DNA of 13,305 nt, taken from positions 1 through 13,305 of the forward strand of contig JANMQV010000013.1 in assembly GCA_031370645.1 (NCBI GenBank), in the 5' to 3' direction. The number at the start of each line of letters is the position of its first letter. Within the stretch, counting starts at the first letter, position 1. Below the pieces are notes generated by a model. That model made no database searches, was not told where the DNA came from, and saw only the letters and a list, made by a program, of their open reading frames with translations. The DNA is from Candidatus Eiseniibacteriota bacterium (GTDB taxonomy: Bacteria > Eisenbacteria > RBG-16-71-46 > SZUA-252). Both the position numbers and the translations under genes were made by a program. Shown one piece after another: positions 7,341-13,305 of the stretch.

Positions 7341-8678
7341 ATGTTGCACGCACTCCTCATTGACGATGACAGCGACTTCCTCGCAGGGTTGGCGGAAATC
7401 GCCGAGCAGGAAGGTTTCGCGATCGCCACGGCCGGCACGCTTACCGCCGGGCGCGAGCACCTCGGCAGCGTCGCGGTCGATATCGTGGTGGTTGATCTGG
7501 CACTTCCCGACGGGGAAGGGACCGCTCTTCTCGAGGAATTGAAGGACACGCCGACCGACGTGATCATCGTGTCGGGTGTGGCGACCGTCCATTCCGCAAT
7601 CGAAGCGCTGCGTCTCGGCGCGCTCGATTACCTCACGAAGCCGCTCGACGTCGGCCGCTTACGAGCCGTTCTCGCCAATGCCGCGCGCGTCCGATCGCTC
7701 AAAGATCAGGTCGGGTCGCTTCGGGCTGAATTGCGAAAATTCGGACGCTTCGGCCCCATGGTCGGGGAGTCTTCTCTGATGCAGAAGGTCTACGACATGA
7801 TCGCCAAGGTTGCCCCCACGGACGCCACGGTGCTGATTACCGGCGAGAGCGGCTCCGGGAAGGAACTCGTCGCACAGGCCATCGTCGACCTGAGTCCCCG
7901 GCGCGTCCGTCCTTTCATCCCGCTCGACTGCGGCGCGATCCCGCCGGCGCTCATCGAAAGCGAATTGTTCGGACATGAACGCGGCAGCTTCACCGGCGCG
8001 ACCCAGCAGCGGCGCGGGCACTTCGAGCGTGCGACCGGCGGCACCCTGTTCCTCGATGAGATCACGGAGATGCCGGTCGAATTGCAGGTGAAGTTGCTGC
8101 GTGTGCTCGAGTCCGGCGCTCTGACTCGCGTCGGGGGCGAGGCGCGCATTCCGGTGAACGTACGCTTGATCGCGGCATCGAATCGTCCGCCGCGCGAGGC
8201 CATTCTGGCTCGAAGGCTGCGGGAGGACCTCTACTACCGGTTGAATGTGTTTCCCATTGTTCTTCCCCCGCTCCGGGAGCGGGAGGGAGACGTGTTGATG
8301 CTGGCCGATCACTTCCTGGCCGTGCTCAATCGTGCCGATGGCACGACGAAGCGCCTGAGCGCTCGCGCTCGCGAACGGATCCGCGATTATGCCTGGCCCG
8401 GAAACGTCAGGGAGCTCAAGAACGAGATCCAGCGTGCCTACATCATGGGCGTCGACGTGCTCGAACTCGATGACCTGGGAGCCGAGGTTCGGGAAATCAC
8501 GCTCCAGGCAGGCGCCTCGCCGCCTCCCGACGTCGGGAGTTCACTCAACGATTCCGAGCGGCAGCTCATCTTGGCCACCCTGGATCATTGCGGTGGCGAC
8601 AAGAAGCGGGCCGCCGAGATTCTCGGGATCAGCCTCAAGACGCTCTACAACCGGCTCCACCTCTACGCCAAGATTTGA
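7341..8678 (+). CDS. sigma54-dependent response regulator, NtrC/Fis family (REC-AAA+-HTH, 445 aa)
   Basis: REC (LLIDDD, VVVDLALPDG, KP), Walker A GESGSGKE, ESELFGHERGSFTGA loop, Walker B LFLDE, REDLYYRL, WPGNVRELKN and HTH KKRAAEILGISLKTLYNRL. ATG 7341 follows a GGGGG RBS; the track's 100-aa N-terminal extension is probably spurious. Confidence 0.96.
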   Translation: MLHALLIDDDSDFLAGLAEIAEQEGFAIATAGTLTAGREHLGSVAVDIVVVDLALPDGEGTALLEELKDTPTDVIIVSGVATVHSAIEALRLGALDYLTKPLDVGRLRAVLANAARVRSLKDQVGSLRAELRKFGRFGPMVGESSLMQKVYDMIAKVAPTDATVLITGESGSGKELVAQAIVDLSPRRVRPFIPLDCGAIPPALIESELFGHERGSFTGATQQRRGHFERATGGTLFLDEITEMPVELQVKLLRVLESGALTRVGGEARIPVNVRLIAASNRPPREAILARRLREDLYYRLNVFPIVLPPLREREGDVLMLADHFLAVLNRADGTTKRLSARARERIRDYAWPGNVRELKNEIQRAYIMGVDVLELDDLGAEVREITLQAGASPPPDVGSSLNDSERQLILATLDHCGGDKKRAAEILGISLKTLYNRLHLYAKI

Positions 8679-8713
8679 TTGAAATAGCTTCCGAGAATTT
8701 GAAATTGCTGCCG
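8679..8713 (+). repeat. Tandem 15-bp direct repeat, 20-bp period (candidate enhancer sites)
   Basis: TTGAAATAGCTTCCG (8679-8693) and TTGAAATTGCTGCCG (8699-8713), 13/15 identical, ~110-140 bp upstream of the 8821 element. Confidence 0.55.
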
Positions 8714-8820
8714 CGCCGCTTCGCGGTCGGGGACTTCCCGTGCGGTGGTTTGCCGAACACAAACCACCAACACCGCGCCCGAGCAACGACTTCCAACAAG
8801 CCTCGAGTTGCCGATTCCGC

Positions 8821-8835
8821 TGGCACGATTCTCGA
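8821..8835 (+). promoter_or_regulatory. Imperfect sigma54 promoter upstream of the histidine kinase
   Basis: CTGGCACGATTCTCGA: perfect -24 element (TGGCACG), but GA instead of GC at -12; 80 bp before ATG 8916. Confidence 0.5.
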
Positions 8836-8915
8836 TATAGGCTTTCGATTTACGCCTCACCGTCTTGGTGGGCGCGCCGAACCATACCCTTTCGAAGCCT
8901 AGACAGGACCGCCCC

Positions 8916-10787
8916 ATGTGGAAGTGGTCTCACCAGCACACCCTGAACACCGGACTGATCGTGATCGGCCTCTTGGCGATCGTGAGCAGCGGCGCTTCCT
9001 TGTTCGCGTCGAAGGTACTGGTTCAGAGGATGGCCACGCTCGCCCTGGGCGAGGTGCAAGATCTCTCCGAAAGCCAGTCGCTTCGGCTCGACGGCCTTCG
9101 GGAAGTCTCGGACGTCGGCGCGTCGCTCCTCACTGGCGAGGAGCCCTACACGCAATCGGCTCGTGCGCGAAGCGCGGTGGTCCGCGCGAGGATCTCGCGG
9201 CTCCGAACGCAGATCGTCGACGCCGAGGGACGGGCCATGGTGGAGCGTATTCAGCTCGCCGAGAAAGAATTCCAGGACGCTTTCGAGCGGGCTCTGCTCG
9301 GCGCCGGCGGTCCTGAAACGCTCCTGACGGCCACGGGGTCGCGCGGGCGAGCGTTTCAACAGGCGCTCGACTCGCTCGTCGCTCACATGGAGCCGGCCGC
9401 TGTGGGAGGTCTCACGGCCACCCGTACATCCGTGGAACGGACGCAGACCGTGTTCAACGTCGTCACGACGGTCTCGATCGTGCTGGCGCTCCTCCTTTGC
9501 GTCATGCTGATCCTGCTCATCAATCGGACCTATCGGGAACAGTCGAGCGCCCGGCTGCTCGCCGAAGAGGGGCAAACCAGGACGTCCGAGGCCTTGCAGG
9601 AGGAAAGGGCGGCGAGCCATCTGAAGGACGAGTTTCTGGCGACCGTCTCCCACGAATTGCGCAACCCCCTGGCTCCGATCCTCACGTGGACCCAGCTCCT
9701 TCGAAGCGGGACGCTCGATAAGGAGAAGTCCGAACGCGGCCTGGAAGTCATCGAGCGAAATGTCATCTCCCTGTCTCAATTGATCGACGACCTCGTCGAT
9801 GTCTCCCGGGTCGCGTCGGGCAAGTTCCGGCTCGACGTGAGGGCCATCGATCTGGCCGGCGTCATTCGCACCGCCGTGGAGTCCCAGCGGCCCGCCAGCG
9901 ACGCGAAGAAGATCCGAGTTCAACTTGTCTTGGACGAACGGGCGGGGTTGATCTCCGGGGATTCGGAGCGTCTTCACCAAGTTGTGGGAAATTTGCTTTC
10001 GAACGCCATCAAGTTCACGCCAAAGGGCGGGAGCGTGCAGGTCACGCTCGGCCGCGCGGAGTCACACGTCGAATTGGCGGTCGCAGACACGGGAATCGGG
10101 ATTGAAAGCGTATTCTTGCCTCACGTCTTCGAACCATTCCAGCAGGCTATGGACGGATCGATGCGGCGTCACGGCGGGCTCGGGCTCGGCCTTTCGATCG
10201 TTCGTCACATTATCGAGCTGCATGGAGGCGAGATCGTCGCTGAAAGTGCCGGTTCCGGGCTTGGGTCGAGATTCACGGTCAAACTCCCCCTCCTCGGAAC
10301 GGGCGAGATGACGACGAACGGGCGCCCCAGACACCCCAGCGCCGGCGACGCTATTTCGCACGTCCTGCTCCGCCGGCTCGATAAGATCCGCGTCCTGCTC
10401 GTGGACGACGAGCCCACCGCGAACGAAGCCGTGCAGGCCTTGCTCGAATCTTGCGGAGCGGACGTGCGTGTCGCCGGTTCGGTCGCGCAAGCGATCCAGG
10501 TGTTCGACACGTGGAAACCCGACGTCCTCATTTCCGATATCGCGATGCCCGAGGAAGACGGGTACGCGCTGATCAAGAAGGTCCGCGCGCGAACCGGGGA
10601 GCAGGGCGGCGAGACGCCGGCGGCGGCGCTCACGGCCTACGCCAAGATCGAAGACCGCGTGAAAATCTTGGCCGCCGGATTTCAGATGTATCTCTCCAAG
10701 CCGGCCGACCCGAGCGAACTCATGGCGGTCGTGGCGAGCCTCGCATCCGGGCGGCGCGGGTCATCCGTGGAGCGCACCGAAGTCTAG
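8916..10787 (+). CDS. Membrane-bound hybrid sensor histidine kinase/response regulator (2 TM, HisKA, HATPase_c, REC; 623 aa)
   Basis: TM1 LIVIGLLAIVSSGASLF, helical extracytoplasmic segment, TM2 VSIVLALLLCVMLILLI, H-box FLATVSHELRNPL, N-box NLLSNAIKFT, DTGIGI, GGLGLGL, and REC motifs VLLVDDE, ISDIAMP, LTAYA, KP. ATG 8916 follows CAGGA. Confidence 0.95.
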   Translation: MWKWSHQHTLNTGLIVIGLLAIVSSGASLFASKVLVQRMATLALGEVQDLSESQSLRLDGLREVSDVGASLLTGEEPYTQSARARSAVVRARISRLRTQIVDAEGRAMVERIQLAEKEFQDAFERALLGAGGPETLLTATGSRGRAFQQALDSLVAHMEPAAVGGLTATRTSVERTQTVFNVVTTVSIVLALLLCVMLILLINRTYREQSSARLLAEEGQTRTSEALQEERAASHLKDEFLATVSHELRNPLAPILTWTQLLRSGTLDKEKSERGLEVIERNVISLSQLIDDLVDVSRVASGKFRLDVRAIDLAGVIRTAVESQRPASDAKKIRVQLVLDERAGLISGDSERLHQVVGNLLSNAIKFTPKGGSVQVTLGRAESHVELAVADTGIGIESVFLPHVFEPFQQAMDGSMRRHGGLGLGLSIVRHIIELHGGEIVAESAGSGLGSRFTVKLPLLGTGEMTTNGRPRHPSAGDAISHVLLRRLDKIRVLLVDDEPTANEAVQALLESCGADVRVAGSVAQAIQVFDTWKPDVLISDIAMPEEDGYALIKKVRARTGEQGGETPAAALTAYAKIEDRVKILAAGFQMYLSKPADPSELMAVVASLASGRRGSSVERTEV

Positions 10788-10839
10788 CTTGACGGCGGGG
10801 CGTGTGCGGATGATCGAGGCGCCAACAGCGCTTCGCGTC

Positions 10840-10855
10840 GGGTCGCGCCTTTGCA
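10840..10855 (+). promoter_or_regulatory. Possible sigma54 promoter upstream of the AI-2E permease
   Basis: GGGTCGCGCCTTTGCA: GG-N10-GC with a perfect -12 (TTGCA) but a weak -24; ~76 bp before TTG 10932. Confidence 0.4.
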
Positions 10856-10931
10856 CGAGACGGCGGCGAGCCGAAACCCGCATCGTGACCCGCCGTCTTT
10901 TCGTCCCCACCACATCCCGCGAGGTGAATTT

Positions 10932-12005
10932 TTGATTTCCGCACGCAGGGCGCTGCTCTGGGTCGCCGGCGTCGTGTTTCTCCTCGTCTGGGTCTTCCGG
11001 GACCTCGTCCTCTTGGTCGGGTACTCCGTCCTCCTGGCGTATGCCCTCCTTCCCGTCGTGGCGGCCTTGGAACACCCCCTGAGCCGCCGGGGCGCCCGGT
11101 TGCCACGGGGCGCCGCCGCCGCGGTCGTGATGGCTGGGCTGGTCACGATCGTCGGTTGGCTCCTCGCTCTCGCTGTGCCGCGGCTGGCGACTCAGGCGGC
11201 ACGATTCGCGGCAGGAGCGCCCGCGGCCATCGCCCGACTCGATCTGGGAGCGCGTGCGTACGGCGAGGCGCATGGGCTGAGCGCCTGGATGAATCCGGCG
11301 GTCGAAGCAGCGCGCACGAGCCTCTCCGACATTCTCCAAAACATGTCCGGTTCCCTCTCGCAGTGGGCCAGCGGCGGGTTCGGCGGACTCGGCCAACTTC
11401 TAGGCCTCGCTCTCCTGCCGGTGCTGTCGTTCTATCTCCTGGCGGAGCCGACGGCGGTACGGGTCAGCGTGCTTCGCTTCGTGCCCGAGAGCGCCCACTC
11501 CGAGCTCTCGCGTCTCGGCCGCGCCGTCGACCGCGCGCTGCGCGCGTATGTGCGGGGGCAGGCGATCGTCTGCCTGGTGATGGGAGTCAGCGTCGGCGTC
11601 CTCCTCGCCCTGATGGGATCTCCGGTGGCCTTGCTGCTCGGTCTGGTGGTCGCGTTCGCGGAATTGGTTCCCTATCTCGGCTTCCTGATCGCCGCGACGG
11701 CGATCGCTCTCGCCGGAGTGGCGGTGGGCCCGCTGCATGCCCTGGCCGGCGTCGGGGTCTATGTTGTCATCAATTGGGCGATCGGCACCTTCGTGGCGCC
11801 GCGCGTCATGGGCCGGTACCTCAAGATGCATCCCTTCGTCGTGACCGTCAGCATCCTCGCGGGCACCCAGGTGTTCGGACCCGCCGGCGCCCTGCTAGGA
11901 CTTCCGGGAGCAGCCATGCTCCAAGCCGTGGTCGGCGAGCTAGCCGTGCCCGCGCCACCCACCTCAGGGAAATCTGTTTCGATTCAGGCTCACACCCCCG
12001 ACTAG
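10932..12005 (+). CDS. AI-2E family (PerM/UPF0118) membrane transporter (~357 aa)
   Basis: Motifs LLAYALLPVV, LSFYLL, LRAYVRGQAIV, AELVPYLG, VAPRVMGRYLKMHPFVV and FGPAGALLGLP. Likely start is in-frame TTG 10932 after GAGGTG-N5 (track start 10851). Confidence 0.92.
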   Translation: MISARRALLWVAGVVFLLVWVFRDLVLLVGYSVLLAYALLPVVAALEHPLSRRGARLPRGAAAAVVMAGLVTIVGWLLALAVPRLATQAARFAAGAPAAIARLDLGARAYGEAHGLSAWMNPAVEAARTSLSDILQNMSGSLSQWASGGFGGLGQLLGLALLPVLSFYLLAEPTAVRVSVLRFVPESAHSELSRLGRAVDRALRAYVRGQAIVCLVMGVSVGVLLALMGSPVALLLGLVVAFAELVPYLGFLIAATAIALAGVAVGPLHALAGVGVYVVINWAIGTFVAPRVMGRYLKMHPFVVTVSILAGTQVFGPAGALLGLPGAAMLQAVVGELAVPAPPTSGKSVSIQAHTPD

Positions 12006-12007
12006 TC

Positions 12008-12022
12008 TGGCCTCGATCTTGC
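12008..12022 (+). promoter_or_regulatory. sigma54 (-24/-12) promoter for the DUF948-YtxH block
   Basis: CTGGCCTCGATCTTGC = TGGC-N7-TTGC (GG-N10-GC), directly after the AI-2E stop and ~93 bp before ATG 12116. Confidence 0.7.
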
Positions 12023-12115
12023 CGTACCTTCCTCGTGATCGTCGGATGTCTCGCTCGCGCCCGGCGATCGTTCGCGCTCTAAGCCCTTGTCTCGACACCC
12101 GAAGGAAGGTGCTTC

Positions 12116-12541
12116 ATGCCCGAGCTGCTCCAGATATGGATTGTAATCGTGACAATCGCGCTGCTCGTGATTGCCGTGCTGACGGCGCGCATGATGGATC
12201 GTCACTTGAGTAGGGTGGCCGATGATCTCTCGCGGCTCACCGCAGCGGTCAGCGAGTCCGTCGAGCGGATCAATCTGGTCACGCAGGAAGCCAGGGACTT
12301 GGTGGCGTCGGCTCGCGGGTTCGTCACTCCCGTTCAGCGCGTGGTCGATCGGTTCGTGGACATCGGCCAGCGCACGGCGACTCTTTCGTCCACGCTGCTC
12401 GAGGCAGTCGAGCCCCCCGTCTTCATCGCGGCCGCCGTCACTCAAGGGGTGAGGACCGGCGCCAATTTACTCCTGAACCAATTGTTGCTTCGACTCACTC
12501 ACCGCCGCACCTCGATCAATGGAGATCATGACCATGAATGA
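12116..12541 (+). CDS. DUF948/YtxG(YoxC)-like membrane-anchored coiled-coil protein (141 aa)
   Basis: Single N-terminal TM (IWIVIVTIALLVIAVL) followed by an amphipathic helical region; GGAAGGTG RBS; overlaps a YtxH-like gene, as in ytxG-ytxH. The family call rests on architecture and context. Confidence 0.7.
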   Translation: MPELLQIWIVIVTIALLVIAVLTARMMDRHLSRVADDLSRLTAAVSESVERINLVTQEARDLVASARGFVTPVQRVVDRFVDIGQRTATLSSTLLEAVEPPVFIAAAVTQGVRTGANLLLNQLLLRLTHRRTSINGDHDHE

Positions 12542-12905
12542 CACGTCCAATTCCAACGGCTCCTCGAACACCACTGCTGTCCTCCTCGGATTCGCCGTCG
12601 GCGCCGTCGTCGGGGCGGGAGTCGCGCTCCTCCTGGCGCCCGAGAGCGGTAGGAAGACGCGAGAACGCCTTACCTCGACGGCTCAGCGCGTCGGCAAGAG
12701 CGCCGGAGAAACCATGGATCAGGCGCGCGCGACCATGGTGGAGATGGGGTCCGACGCGAAGTCGGCCATCAAGGCCGGCCAGGAAGCGTTCTTGAAGGAC
12801 CTCGGCACGCGCGAGTCGCGTTCCGACCGCCGTATGACGCACGCCGGCGAGGCCGCCGCGGTTGTCGGCTCCGCGCTTCGCGACGGCGATGAGATGTCCC
12901 GATGA
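12534..12905 (+). CDS. YtxH-domain general-stress-type protein (~123 aa)
   Basis: Signature LLGFAVGAVVGAGVALLLAPESGRKTRERL followed by a hydrophilic helical tail. GGAGA RBS 8 nt before ATG 12534 (ATGAATGA overlap with the upstream gene). Confidence 0.9.
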   Translation: MNDTSNSNGSSNTTAVLLGFAVGAVVGAGVALLLAPESGRKTRERLTSTAQRVGKSAGETMDQARATMVEMGSDAKSAIKAGQEAFLKDLGTRESRSDRRMTHAGEAAAVVGSALRDGDEMSR

Positions 12906-12968
12906 TCCGTGCGGGTCACTGGACTCACCGAATCTGTCGCGGTTTCCGCGTAGCAGGGAGGAACTAAC

Positions 12969-13160
12969 ATGCCGCTCGTGAACGTAGTCGTCACCTTGCT
13001 CGTCGTCGGGGTGTTGCTCTGGTTGATCAACACGTACTTCCCGATGGACGCGAAGATCAAGAGCATCCTCAACATCGTCGTCGTTATCGGCGTGGTGATC
13101 TGGCTCCTCCAGGCGTTCGGGATGATGGGAAGCATGGGGAACATGAGAGTCGGTCGGTAA
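12969..13160 (+). CDS. Small two-TM membrane protein, Thivi_2564-like (63 aa)
   Basis: MPLVNVVVTLLVVGVLLWLINTYFPMDAKIKSILNIVVVIGVVIWLLQAFG; strong GGGAGGA RBS. Confidence 0.85.
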   Translation: MPLVNVVVTLLVVGVLLWLINTYFPMDAKIKSILNIVVVIGVVIWLLQAFGMMGSMGNMRVGR

Positions 13161-13170
13161 CAGAACGTAA

Positions 13171-13209
13171 CGCCTTCGAACCAACCGAGGCGGGGCTGTG
13201 AATAGCCCC
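13171..13209 (+). terminator. Two adjacent GC-rich hairpins after the last gene (possible terminator/stabiliser)
   Basis: CGCCT(T)CG...CGAGGCG (13171-13192) and GGGGCTG-TGAA-TAGCCCC (13192-13209). No U-tract follows, and the downstream sequence is of doubtful quality. Confidence 0.3.
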
Positions 13210-13305
13210 AGGCGCCCGGGGGCCCACTAACAAACCCGGGACGCAGTTGCCCCATAAACCGACCAAAAGACACCCCCCAAAAAAAAACCCAATTAGGGAA
13301 ACCCC

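Noticed and set aside
7983-8000. GSFTGA instead of GAFTGA in the activator
   Set aside because: A known natural variant that keeps the critical F and T, so not evidence of sigma54 independence.
10789-10817. TTGACG as a sigma70 -35 upstream of the AI-2E gene
   Set aside because: No credible -10 at 16-18 bp spacing.
8850-13273. ORFs 8850..9980 -, 11156..12082 +, 12516..13184 -, 12719..13273 -
   Set aside because: Shadows of the kinase, AI-2E, YtxH-like and Thivi_2564-like genes.
13210-13305. Abrupt shift to A/C homopolymer-rich sequence (CCCCCC, A9, GGGAAACCCC)
   Set aside because: Resembles low-quality read or contig-end sequence; no repeat unit, IS end or RNA gene can be supported.
1-13305. 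CRISPR array, tRNA/rRNA, transposase/integrase or anti-phage defence genes
   Set aside because: No regularly spaced repeats, RNA gene signatures or matching protein motifs seen; the cNMP domain has no cyclase or effector partner in the window.

Overview
GC-rich bacterial window from a diderm organism (it encodes an outer-membrane Omp85 barrel), organised as two divergent arms around a ~415 bp intergenic region (6926-7340). Left arm (- strand): lmo0937-like 49-aa membrane peptide (missed by the ORF track), DUF3185-like membrane protein, NTT/TLC (ATP/ADP translocase-like) transporter fused to HEAT repeats, stand-alone cNMP-binding-domain protein, DUF47/PhoU-like regulator, PiT phosphate transporter, and a POTRA-less Omp85/BamA-TamA barrel that runs off the left edge (also missed by the track). 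Right arm (+ strand): sigma54-dependent NtrC-family response regulator, membrane hybrid histidine kinase, AI-2E/PerM permease, DUF948/YtxG-like protein, YtxH-like protein and a Thivi_2564-like small membrane protein. The main signal is five sigma54-type -24/-12 elements (three good, two imperfect), each intergenic and pointing into a gene block, plus candidate enhancer repeats. This suggests a self-contained sigma54/two-component regulon controlling general-stress-type genes and a nucleotide/phosphate transport module. Family calls come from motif recognition only; no searches were run. The last ~95 bp look like low-quality contig-end sequence.
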